From Cyanophora paradoxa CCMP329 (taxonomy: Eukaryota > Plantae > Glaucophyta): 64,000 nucleotides of DNA. The stretch covers positions 1 through 64,000 of the forward strand of contig QPMI01000673.1 of NCBI GenBank assembly GCA_004431415.1, given 5' to 3'. A program made the position numbers and the translations under genes. Of the stretch, positions 22,695 through 34,381 are shown piece by piece (the stretch's first letter is position 1; each line of letters opens with the position of its first letter). Below the pieces are notes generated by a model that saw only the letters and a program-made list of their open reading frames with translations, had not been told where the DNA came from and did no database searches.

Positions 22695-22839
22695 AGGGTT
22701 TCGATCTCGAGCTTCGGTATTCGATTTCGATTTTCGACGTCGCTTGCCCATCTGACTGAGCCCATGGGTTCGACCGGCGGCCCACTGCTAGCCAGACAGC
22801 TGTTAGGGCTAGTCCAGATGTCGTTGGTCGTCTCTGAAA

Positions 22840-23200
22840 TGCAATTGCGGCCATGACGAGAAAGAGGATCGTGTAATTCCCCAAGAAGTGCGCCGCGTTC
22901 CGCTCGAGCCGCTCCCGCACCTCGCCGGCTGCCGGCGCGGAGAGCGACGACCTGACCGAAGAATCAGGGCCTCTGCTTAGTGAAGCGCAGCGCCCACAGC
23001 CCGCACCGGTCCGCAAACTCGTTCCAAGGGCGCATGTTAGTCATCGCCTGGGCCCAGAAGCCCGTCGCTCGTCCGTAGAAATCGATGCTGCCATCCGCCG
23101 CAGGCGGCGTCGGAGGCCGCGGCCCCGCCGGCGGCTCGTACGGCTGGTAGCTCGGGTACAGACCGTGGCTCGCGCTTGGCCCCGTCTGGAATTGTGTCAT
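22840..23200 (-). pseudogene. PRA1 gene, N-terminal half (disrupted)
   Basis: MRPWNEFADR|SSLSAPAAGEVRERLERNAAHFLGNYTILFLV is the PRA1 N-terminal signature. It now reads into the insert and stops at 22693. Confidence 0.88.
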
Positions 23201-23265
23201 GTTACTAGAACTCGATACGGTGCTGGAATGATGAATATAAGAGCGCTGTTGTGAGCGGTGCTGAT
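23193..23265 (-). repeat. 73-bp leader plus start codon segment, copy 1 (also at 55045-55117)
   Basis: 69/73 identical by manual alignment; includes the ATG. Confidence 0.9.
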
Positions 23266-23625
23266 GCCGGAATGTAAGGAGTGTAAGAGCGCTATGTGAG
23301 CGGGCACCTATTGTGCTTCACTCGAAGGCACACGCGTAGTTTGGAAAGGGAATCGCGTACCCCCTTCCAGAGCATCGACGCTGCACCGTCGCTGCACCGA
23401 CGCTGCACCGTGCACGGCGCTGTGCTCAGGGCCCTGCTGTGTTCTCCGCAGCTGCAACTTCTCGTCCCGTAGGTAGCTTAGAGTCTGAGCCTCGGAGGCT
23501 GGACGCAGATCCCGTAGCCGCCCGGTGGCGGTAACGAGCACAGTGCAACGAGCAAGACCGTCTGCACCAGCGGCGCTCTGCGGCCGATCCGCTAGCACCG
23601 CTGAGGAGGGGGCGGGCGGCGAGCT

Positions 23626-26526
23626 ATGACTAGCCTACAGGACCTTCAGCGGCGACCGGCGCCCAGTACACTTGGCGGAGAGACCCCTATTGCCAAAGAG
23701 GTCGGCCAGACGAGCCCCGAGCAGCTTAGCGGCGCGGCTGCGCGTAAGAAGCAGGGCTTGAGCGCAAGTGCAGTGGACCTGAAGCTTAGCAGTTCATCAG
23801 TTCCAGGGCGTCCCATGTTTCCGGACATCTCGGCCGGCTTCGTCCACGTCCGACCGCGCACCGGCAAGCAGCAGCGGCCCGAGTGGGACCACAGCACGCT
23901 GCTCCCGCTCGCGCTTCTGAAAGCGGCGGCTTCACCCAGCAAGGCCGGCTCTCCAGCGGCCCTGCGGTCTTCCACGGGATCCAACCCAACTTCGCCGAAG
24001 CGCGGGAGGAGCGTGGGGCCTTTGCGGAGAGAGGGGCAGGAAGGCGCAGGGTCGCCGGCCCCATCCGAGGCGGCCGCACATCTGCAGACGGAGCACATCG
24101 AGCGGGCGGTCGTGGAGGTTCTCGAGTCGCCCGCCGGCCACCGGATCCTGGCGGAGATAGTGCGAAAGAGCCGGACAGGCGCCGAGGCCGAGGCGCTGGC
24201 GCAGGCGGGGCAGCTGGTGAAGCAGCAGCGAGAGGCGATGGCGGCGCTCGCGAAGCGGGTGGCGGAGGCGGAGGCGGCGGCGGAGGCGGCGGCGCGGCGG
24301 GTGAACGTCCTGCAGCTCGGCATCGTGGAGCAGACGCGGCAGGGGAAGCAGCTCGCGGCGGCCCTCGCCTCCGTCGGCCGCCGCGCCGAGCGCCTCGCCG
24401 CGCGCGTCGAGGAGCTCTCCGCCCGCGTCGCCCCCGCCCCCTCCCCCGCCCCTCCCCCCGCCTCCTCCTCCACCTCTTCCCCCGCCTCCTCCTCCTCGGG
24501 CGCCTCCTCCGCCCCGTCCCTCGTCTCTGCCTCCCTCACGTCCTCCTCCACCGCTCTCTCCTCCCCGCCCCCGCTCGCCGAGGCGCCGTCCTCGCCCTCC
24601 CCCTCCTCCACCGCCGCCCCGCACGGCCCTGCCGAGACGGCGCCCCCGCGGCAGCGGGCGGAGCAGACGCAGGGGCAGTCGGAGGGGGATGGCGCGCGGT
24701 CGGCCTCGCCGCCGCCGGCTGCCGCATGGGGCGAGGCGGAGCAGCGGCTGCAGAGCGAGATCGAGGAGATCGCCGGCGTGCGCCCCACCCCGCCCCGCCG
24801 CGCGGGGCGGCGCCGGGGGAGCGGGCTGGTTGTGAGTGCGGGGCTGGCCAGGCTGTGCCCGGGGTGGCGTCGCTGTTGGGGGAGCGGCTCCGGGGCGGCG
24901 AGGAGGCCCTCTCCCGCGTCGCCGCCCTCGAGATACGCTCCCTCATCGTCCGCCCCGCCCGCCCCGCCCCGCCCCGAAGCCTCTGACGCCGACGCCTCGG
25001 CGCGCAGCTCGAGTCTGAGCTGCAGGATCTCAAGAAGCAGGCCGCAGCCGCCCTCTCCGCAGCCTCCTCCGCAGCCTCCGCCGCCGATGCCGCCGCTGCC
25101 GCCGCCGCCGCCTCCGCATCGCCCGTCGTTCACGCGCCGGCCGCGCCCCCACCGTCACCCGCCCCAGCCCCTGCGCCCTCGCCGGGACCCGCGCCGGCTG
25201 TGGACCGGGCGGCGCTCGAGCAGGTGGGCCCCGCCCCGCCCCGCCCCGCCGAGGGCGCCCGCCGTGACGGGCGGGCCGGCAGCTCGGGGAGGAGCTGAGG
25301 CGGACGGCGGAGGCGGCGGCGGCGGCGGGGCGGGAGGCGGCGGGGCGCGGGGCCGGGCGGAGGAGGCGCTGGCGCGGGCGGAGAGGGCGCAGGAGCGGGC
25401 GGACGAGGCGCACGTCCGCAGCGAGGAGGCCTGGGCCCGCGCCGAGACCGCCCGCGCCGTCCGCCACCGCCCCGCCCCGCCTGCCCCCGCTCGCCCCGCG
25501 GTCTGAGGCGAGGGGCGGCGCAGGTCGCGCGGGCTGCGGCGGTCGCCGGAGAGGTGCAGCGCGGGAGGAGTCCCGGGCGGCCCCGGCCCCGGCGCCACCG
25601 GCGGCGCCACCCCCAGCGGGGGAGGACACGGGGGCGTCCGTGGTCCCGAAGGGCGGCGCGGGAGCAGGGGCCGGCGCCAGCGCCGGCGCGGGGCCGGCGG
25701 AGGCGGCGCCGGGGCCTGACCTCGAGGCGCGCCTCAAGCGCCTCGAGAGGGTGCGCGCTCGAATCCGTTTCCGGCCCGCCTCGGGGCCCACGCGGGGCGG
25801 GCGGGGCGCAGCTGCGGGCGGCGCTGGAGGCGGTGGCGGGGCGGCTGGACGAGGTGTGCGGGGCGGTGGACGGCCTGGCGAAGACGCAGGAGGACGACGC
25901 GCGCCGCATCGCCTTCCTCGAGTCGTTCGTGCGGCAGGCGGCGCCGCACCTCGACGAGCTCCCCGACGGCGACGAGTTCCAGCAGCTCGCCGCCCGCGCC
26001 CGCGCCGCCGAGAAGGGCGTGAGGGCCCTCGCGGAGCAGCTCCCCGCCGGGCTGGTTGCGCTGGAGGGGCGGGTGGCGGAGCTGGAGCGGGAGGCGGGGG
26101 AGTTCAAGCTGCTGCGCGAGGAGGTCGCCGTTGCCGCCTCGGCCGAGCTCGAGGGCGAGGAGGGCGCCGACGAGCCCGACGCCGCCCTCCGCCTCCTCGA
26201 CCCCGACGCCCCCGCCGCCCGCCGCGCCGCCTCCGAGACCGTCTCCGCGCGCGCCCAGCCCGCCGGCCCCGGCGCCGACGCCAAGCCCCGCCGCAAGAGC
26301 ATCCCCATGGTTCGCAGTCCCCCGGCCGAGCGGGCCGCAGGACGCCGTGCCGTCGCTCATCGCGCACGCGCAGATCCTCGTGGTGCCCCCTAACGCGAAC
26401 CGCCCCGGGGGAGGCCGCCCGGTGGTGCCCCCGCTGCTGGGGCTCCCGGGCTCGGGCGGCGGCGGCAAGTCCCCGAAGCGCGTCGCCGACATCACCCTGG
26501 GCGAGATCCAGGCCAGCCTCGCCTGA
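23626..26526 (+). CDS. Hypothetical coiled-coil, low-complexity protein (multi-exon)
   Basis: Long ATG-initiated first exon with Ala/Glu-rich heptads; last exon ends DITLGEIQASLA-stop. Confidence 0.6.
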
Positions 26527-26730
26527 GTCCTGAACCCGCCCCGCCCCTCCGGCCCCACACCCCGCCCTGCCGGGACTGCATGCCTCTCCCCTTCCCGTGC
26601 CCCCTTTGCGACGCAGACCTCGCCCCATCTGGGCGCTTTAAATTTCTTTTCGCTCTAATTTATCGAGATTGAATTCGATCTGCGAACGAAGTAGGCCGTA
26701 CCCTAGCGCAAAAAAGGCTTCTCTCGCTCT

Positions 26731-29037
26731 ATGGCCCGGCGGCGGGAGGAGGCGGCGTGGCAGCTCTGGCTGCTGGCGCTTCTTCTCGGCCTCGCCGGGG
26801 CCCAGTCGCCGGCGAAGCCGCCCGGCAGTCCCGAGTACGAGCTCGGGCGGGACGACGGCGGGGCTTTTCTGCGAGGTTTCGAGGTCCATGTGCGGAAGCT
26901 CATGCAGGAGGGGCAGTACGACGCGGCGGTGACCGCGGTGCTCTCCGTGCTAAAGGCGTTCGAGCCGGCGAGGGACGTGCCCTACGTGCAGGCGCGTGGC
27001 GCCGCCTTCGAACGCGATCGGAAGCTTAGCTAACCCTGCGGCAGGCGGCGAACGAGTTTGCGCGGCCCTTCCTGGACCTGATGCGCTCGCCGGACTGGAC
27101 GATGAGCGACGCGCAGTTCGAGGATCTCGTGCGGCTGCAGGCCATCGCGTCGAGTGCGCGCCGCCGCGCGCCGCTGCCCGATCACGGCGGGGCGAGCGCG
27201 GGGCGGGGGCGCAGACCTGCTGCGGTGCAGCGAGCTGAAGTCGGCGGACGCGGTGCTGCGAGAGCTCTACTCCGACGTCTTCGCGAACTTCCACAAGCTG
27301 CTCGTCCTCACCAGCGCCCGAAGCGGCCTGCAGCTCAACCGCACCCTCGCCCTCCGCATCTCCCCGGACGCAACCACCTCCTGGGCCTCGGGCTACACCC
27401 GCGCCTTCGAGACCGGGTGCCGCCCGCGCCCCGCCCCGCCGTGCGCGCGCCTCTGAGGCGGCGGGCAGCGGGGCGGAGGAGGGGACGTGGCAGAACCTGC
27501 AGGAGCACGTGCGGTTCGCGGCGGCGACGTCGGTGGGCCTGGACTACCGCATGTACTTCGCGGTGACGTACCTGGACGAGGTGCTGCAGCGCCCGATCAA
27601 GGAGGCGATCAACGCGCAGGCCGCCGTCTCCCTCGCCGGCCTGCGCGCCACGGGCCCCCGCAACCCGAAGCGCATCGGCATCGCCTCCTGCTTCTACCGG
27701 CCCCTCCACTCCGTCCACCAGGCCATGGTACCGCCGCCCCCGGCCCCTGCCCACCGCCCCTCGCCCCGCCTTGGCGTGGCGGGGGTCCTCGGCTGAGCGG
27801 CCTGCGCAGAGCGCGTTCGTGCGGGCGCTGGTGGGCCACTTCTCGCTGACGCTGGTCTCGCTGGGGACGACGGGGAGCGTGGAGGGGATCGACCTCTCGG
27901 CGTTCGAGCGGGTGGTGCACGTGAAGCACCGGGGGGCGATGCTGGACGTCGGGGGCATTGACGCGAACGACTTCGCGGCGCTCGTCTACCTCGACGTCGG
28001 CATGAACGTCGAGTCCGTCCTCCTCTCCAACACCCGCCTCGCCCCCGTCCAGGCCCGGCCCCCGCCCCCGGCCCCGCCCCTCCCCCGTCTGAGGGCCCCC
28101 CAGATCGCGCTCTCGGGGCACCCCGTCTCGACGTTCGGCTCCCAGATCGACTACTTCTTCAGCGGGGCGGACGTGGAGCCGCCGGAGGCGCAGGAGCACT
28201 ACTCGGAGCGCCTCGTCCTCCTCCCGGGCCTCGGGACCGCCTTCACGCCCCTCGCCTACGTCCCCCGCCGCCCCGGCGCCGGGCCCCCGCCCCTCCCGCC
28301 GCCCTCCGACCCCTTCATCTTCAACCTCCCCTGGACCTCCCAGAAGATCAACTGGCCGCACCTCTCCAAGCTCGTCCGCGTCGCCGCCGCCGCGCGCCGG
28401 CCCGTCCTCTTCCGCTTCTTCGCCGCCATGGAGCTCGGCCACGAGCTCTGCGCCCTCCGCGCCGCCCTCGCCGCCGCCTTCGCCTCCTCCCCCTTCGCTT
28501 CCTTCGAGGTCCATCCCCCTCCCGCGCCCGCCCGCCCGCCCGCCGGGGCTGACGGGGGCTGGCGGGGGCGGGCAGCTCTTCCCGTCGCTGCCGCGGGAGG
28601 AGTTCTTCGGGAAGCTGGAGGAGGGGCACGCGTTCGCCGACTCGCACCCCTTCGTCGGCTGCAACTCGATGCTCAACGCCCTCCACCTCCGCATCCCCTT
28701 CCTCACGCAGTCCTCCCCGCGCCTGCTGGGCCGCTGGGGCGCCGCGCTGCTCCGGCAGGCCGGCATGCCGGAGCTGGTCGCGGAGAGCGACGAGGAGTAC
28801 GTGGCGGTGGCGGCGCGCCTCGCCTCGGACGCCGCCTTCCACGCCGCCGCCCGCGCCAAGTTCGCCGCGCTGGACCTCGGGCCCTCGGGCGAGCTCTTCG
28901 GGGCGCGCAACGCCCCCACCTTCCGGGCTGCCCTCGAGTTCCTCCTCAAGAACCACGAGCTCATCGCCGCCCAGGACCAGCAGGCCCGCGCCGCCGGCCA
29001 GCCCCGCCTCCCCATCCAGTTCTCCCTCGCCTCCTGA
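26731..29037 (+). CDS. GT41-family glycosyltransferase (SPINDLY/HMW1C-like catalytic region) with a signal peptide
   Basis: LVYLDVGMN...RLAPVQIALSGHPVSTFGSQIDYFFSG; YSERLVLLPG; DSHPFVGCNSMLNAL; AGMPELVAESDEEYVAVAARLA; N-terminal WQLWLLALLLGLAGA. Confidence 0.8.
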
Positions 29038-29991
29038 CCCCCACACCCCCCGCCCCGCGCCCTCGACCTCCTCCCCCTCCACCCCCGCTCTCCCCCCTTC
29101 GAATTCATCACCCGCCCTTCTTTTTCTTCCATGTGCCCGGATCCCTTTCTTTGCCTTGCGAGCGCGAGCCGCCCGCCGGACCCCGCCGGCGCGCAGCTCC
29201 CAGCGCGACCCTCCGCTATGCGCCACAGTTATCAATAGCTAGCTTGAACATATGCATCTTTCAAGGTTGACAAGGTTGCGGCATTGCTCAAAACGGGGGT
29301 CGAGAAAGCTCGCGAGGTGGCTCGGGCCCGGGGGCCAACGCTTGAGCTTAGCTGAAGGCCGGAAATGAATCGAACTGGCAAGGCATCCAGCCCGGACCAG
29401 CCGATCGCGTGATCTCGATCTGGAGCCAGCATTCCCCTAGGCCCTGCGGCCGCCCCGCGGGTCGACACCGACTCGTCAGCTGCAGGTCACCATATGCATG
29501 GCCAGCCGGCCGCGGACGCCAACCGCCCGCGTGGGAATTGACAGGCGTATGCATAAGAAAGCCATGCTGCGATCACGGCTGCGTGTGCGATGGGCGCGCG
29601 CTAGCGCTGCGATTGCGGGGACGCCGGCGCTGCATGCGCAGCTGCCGCCGGCGCCGCGGCTGCGTCCGCAGCCGGGGCCGCCTCTGAGCTGGAACCCGAG
29701 GTCGATGTACCACTGCCCCATATTCGCTCTGGATCACCCCATTAGCAGTATACGAGCTCCGCTGCTGCCCGCGCACCGCGCGCTGCCCTGAGCTCCGGCG
29801 GCTCTACGCCTCCGTTCCACGAAGTGAGGTAGCTGAAGTGCTCTGCGTGCGCCTCTTGGGGCGTTTTCAAGCCTGCAGATGCGCAAATCGATAGCTACAG
29901 AGCGGTTGTGGGAGGCCCGCACCGCCCGAGCGCTCGGCAGCAATTGCAAAGAACTGCCGCGCGAGCTCGTCCTGCTCTCTGCCGAACTGTG

Positions 29992-30992
29992 ATGCCGCCG
30001 ATGCCATCGAGAGGGGTAGAAGAATCGCAAACGCCATCGATGAGCCCCGGCGCAGCGCTTGCGGAGCCTGATGCGGTGCAGCGCTTCCTCGCATGGCTTT
30101 CGAAGCTTCTTGGGCTGGACGTGAGCATCGGTCACGGTGCGCGGCGACGCGGCCGCGCGCTCAGCCCTCGCCGAGCAAGCGCGCCTGCCAACGCAGTTGT
30201 GCTGGCGTTCTGCCTCGTCGTGCTGATTATGAGGGCCTGGATACAGGCGTTCGGAGCGTCCCGCTCTGCTGGTGCAGCGTCCTTTCGCGCGACCATGCGA
30301 CGCTACGGTTCGCTGACGTAGCCCTCTCATCAGATGACGCAAACAAGTACTTGCCCGCCGTCTTCTCGAAATCCGTGCGCTCTCGTGCTGACTAGCGCTG
30401 GCGCGCTCCGGATCCCCGGCACCCGCTCTGTGTGCGCGTCGAAGCGGTCTAACTCTGCAGCTCTGTGCCCGAGCAGCACCTGGAGAGCGCGATCCGTGAA
30501 GCGAGCGAGGCGGGGCTGCTCCTCGGCGTCTTCTTCTTCAGCACTCAGTGCGCGCGCTCGCCGTTCGCGCCACCGCCGCGCCGGCCCTGGGCTTGAGCTA
30601 GCGCTTCGAGCTCGCGGGCCGGTGGACGGGCGCCGCGACGGGGCCGACGCGGGGCGGCAGGTGCGAGCACAGCAAGCGGCTGGCGCCGCGGCTGGTGGCG
30701 ATCGGGAAGCACGTGCGGGGGGTCGCCTTCCGCAAGGTCGACGCCGACGCGCTGCGGCCCCTCGCCGCCGAGCACAGCGTCGACCGCGTCCCGTGCGCCC
30801 CCTCGGCCACACCCCGCGGCCTCCACCTCGCCCCTGCGCCCCCGACGGGGCGGGGCGGGGCGGGGCAGGTACGTGCTCTTCTTCCGCGGGGGCAAGGAGG
30901 CGGCGCGCCTCTTCGGGAACGACGAGGACGCCGTGCGCGCCATGGCCAAGCAGCTCCTCGCCGCCGGCGCCGCCGCCAAGAAGGCTTCCTAG
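29992..30992 (+). CDS. Membrane-anchored thioredoxin-like protein (CxxS)
   Basis: TM segment VVLAFCLVVLIM; CEHSKRLAPRL...VAFRKVDAD...VDRVP.YVLFFRGGKEAARLFG. Confidence 0.65.
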
Positions 30993-31870
30993 CGCCCCGC
31001 CTCCCCTCGCCTCCAGTGGCAGCCGCCGCCTGCGGCCGGCTAGCGCTGCAGCTGCAGCTCCGGAGCCCCTGCCCGCTCACGATTAGGCCCCAGCGGCTGC
31101 AGCCCGTCCAGCCTCAGCCCCTTGCCGCCCCCCTACTGTCGTGCCCCGGGCCCCGGCCCACACCCCAAGCGTCTCGCCCGAGCGTCGAGCGTCTCGCCCG
31201 GCCACCTCGTGCGGCTCCCTGCAGCTGGCTTACCCGCTGACGGGTGAAGCGGCGCCACCGCTTCCCAAGTCCACGCCACTGCGCATGCGAGTCTAGATCT
31301 GCAAGGCGCTGGCTCGCGATCGGCGTAAGCAGGGTTCATTGGGTCGCCGCCCAAAAAAATGGAATTCGAAACGTTTTGGTCACCGGGTCCCTGTTTCGGC
31401 CCTCCCAAACGTTTGCGGCGGCTGAGGCGATCATCGAATGCTAGAGGAAGAATTCGAAGAATCATTGAATGCAGTGACTGCAAGCGCTACTAGGGCTAGC
31501 CGCATATGCACATGTACATACGCAATTTGCGCGCGCAGGGAGGCCATATGCCATGATGCATGGGCATGCCGCAGTGCGGGGCGGCACCGTGGCACCGCGG
31601 CCGCCCGCGTGAAGGCATTGCCCGCAGATGCAACTGTACGAAGTGACTGCAAGCCGCATCTGCAATTCGCGAGCGCAGGGGGGCCAGATTGCAAGACTTT
31701 CCTCACTGGGCCAGGCCTGTACTAGTAGCTAGGCCAAGGGGGCCAGGCCTATAGCTTCGCGCCTAGGCCGGAACTTTGGAAGTTCTGGGCCGGCGCCGGG
31801 GGGCGGGCCGATCGCGACAGGGCAGGCGGCGCCGGGCGGCATGCGCAGGCCCGGCCCGAGGGACCTGAAG

Positions 31871-34346
31871 CTAGCGGTCGGGGTCCTCCATGGGCGTCTC
31901 GTAGCCGCTCGTCGGGTCGACGGTGTTCTGCTTGCGCTTGACGAGCTGGGTGAGGGAGGGGTTGAAGCCCATCTTGCTCGGGTCGTACTGCACCAGCCTG
32001 TTCTTCCTGCGAGGCGCGCCCTCAGCTCGAGGGGCGCCCCGGGGGCCCGGAGGGCGAGGCTGCGCACTTGTCCATCACCAGGATGCCGGATGACGAGGGG
32101 GCGAGCATGGAGACGTACGCCGCCGCCTTCTTCTCCAGCGTCTCCACGCTGTCCGTCAGCGCCGCCTGCACCCGCACGCTCTGCCCCGCCCCGCCCGTGC
32201 GGCGTCAGCTTTGCGGGGGGTGGCGGGGGGGCGGGGCGGGGGACCTTGGGGACGGCGTGGATGTTGAGGTGGATGAGCAGCTGCCCCAGCAGCACCTGCC
32301 GCCCGCTTCAGGCGCGCCTCGCAGAGGCCTAGGGCCGGCGGGGGCGCGGCGCACCAGGTGCTCCACGATCACCATCACGATCACCTGCCGCCGCCGCCGG
32401 GCGCCCGGGAAATTAAACGGGGGTCGGGGCAGGCGGGGCGGGGGCTGGTGGCCGGGGCCGGGGGCGGGGGACCTTGGCGAGGGTCGGGGAGGCGAAGCCG
32501 ACGAAGTACTCGTTCATCGTGTTCGACACGAAGCACAGGATGAAGGTGTTCGAGATGACGGCGGCGGTGGACATCCCTGCCGCGCCGCGGTCCCAGCGCG
32601 CCTCAGAGCGCCCCCTCCGCACCGCCGCCTGCAGCGCGCGGGGCGGCGCCGGGGCGGGGCGGGGCGGGGCGGACCGAAGAGGACGGTGTTCCAGACGCCG
32701 ATGCCCTGGGACATGGTGGGGAAGGGCCGCTGCATGGTGCGCAGGTACTTGAACATGTCGCTGCGGATCTCCACCAGGTTGTTCAGCAGCGCCAGCGCCG
32801 AGCTCAGCGGGAACCCCGCCGCACTGCCCGTCCCCGCGTCACCCCCGCCCCCGCAGCCGGCCTGGCGCAGCGGAGGGGCGGGCGCGGGCGCACAACATGG
32901 TGACGTAGCCAAACTGCAGCATTAGCTCCGCGTAATCTTCAAAAAGATCGGACGGGAAGGAGTTGCGCTTCGCCTCCGCCAGCGTCGCCCCCAGCGCCCG
33001 CCGCATGCTCACCTTCTGCGCCCCCGCTCGCGCGTGGCGGGGCGGGGCGGGGCGGGGCGGCGGGCCTCGTCGCCGAGCTGGAGGTCGTGGCGGATCTCGG
33101 CGAGGGCGTCGCTGAGGCCCAGGCCGCGCGCCTCGGCCTCCCGCTTCTTCTCCTGCACCATCCGCCACTTCTGGAACTTGTGCTTCACGTACGGGATGAT
33201 GTTCTCCTGCGCCCCGCCCCGCCCCGCCCCCGCGTCGCCCACGGCCGCGCCGGCGAGGGCCCCGCTGGGCGGGCGGGGCGGGCACCTGGACGTTGCCGAG
33301 GAGGACCTGGAAGACGAAGATGGAGAAGAGCGCGTAGTTCAGGTCTGCCCCCGCCCCGCCCCGCTCCGTGAGCCGCCGCAGGGCCGCTCCCCGGCGCGCG
33401 GCGCGTCTGGCGCGCACCGTACATGCAGTTCTGGCGGCCGGGGGGCGTCAGGCGGGGTGGAGCGGGAGAAGGGCGGGGGGAGGGCGGGGGCGGACGGGGG
33501 GCCCGTTGGGGACGGCGGGGAGGCAGCGCTCGGCGGCGCCGGCGGTGAACTCGAGCTCCCAGGCCTTCACCGTGATGATGAAGATGTACGGCGAGTAGCC
33601 CGTCACGAACTGGAAGCTGCCGTCCCGCCCCGCCCCCCCGTCGCCGGCAGCGCGAGGGGCGGGCAGGGCGCAGGGGGCCGGGCGGGGCGCACAGGAAGAT
33701 CTTGCCGACGAAGGAGTTGTCCCAGGAGGACTGCTTCCGCCAGTTCTGCCGCTCCGTCAGCCACCGCGCGATCCTGCCCGAAACCCGTCAGCCGCCCGCC
33801 TCCCGTGCCCCCGGCCCGCCGGGGCAGCGGCGGCGGCGCACTTGTTGAAGGCCTGCCGGCGGGTCGGGGCGGGACGGGGCGGGCGGGTCAGTTGAGTGAG
33901 GAGTGGGGCGCCGAAGGGCCTGCGGGCGGACCCAATATCCAAGCTGCGTGAAGGTGGGTTAGTGGGGTACAGTTCTGTAGTGCAGCCACAGCATATACCT
34001 GGGTGAAGATGGTGATCGAGGGGCCGACGATGATGCCCGAGACGAGGGTCCCGTACGTGTGGTTCAGCTGCGGCGGCGTGGCGTCAGGCAGCGGGAGCGC
34101 GGGGGCGGGGCGTGGGGGCGGGCGACGGGCGGACGAAGGCGCGCAGGCCGAGGAGGGCAAAGATGGTGACTGCCCGACCAGCCGCGATCAACAGAGCGCT
34201 CGCGGGAGGGCCGCCATGCGAGGGCGCCGACGGCACCGCAGACGAAGACGATGCAGACGATGGTGACGACGACGGAGAGCACGCGCTCGTGGTGCCGCGG
34301 ATTGTCGTGCTTCCGCCTGCCGCCGCTCTCGGCCCCCGCCCGGGCG

Positions 34347-34381
<35 letters not shown>

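Larger units (their letters stand above)
11082..22839. mobile_element. 11,758-bp insertion in a PRA1 exon, flanked by the 12-bp direct repeat TGCAATTGCGGC
   Basis: The repeat is at 11070-11081 and 22840-22851. Removing the insert and one copy restores NYTILFLVMAAIAMLL|HPISL. No terminal inverted repeats seen. Confidence 0.9.

Noticed and set aside
11082-22839. Non-LTR retrotransposon or retrocopy, suggested by the 12-bp duplication
   Set aside because: No reverse transcriptase, no poly(A) tail, and the cargo retains introns.
23228-23264. C/D-box snoRNA (ATGATGA...CTGA) in the shared leader
   Set aside because: The span is too short, there is no convincing D'/C' pair or terminal stem shared by both copies, and no target was recognised. 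Not fully excluded.
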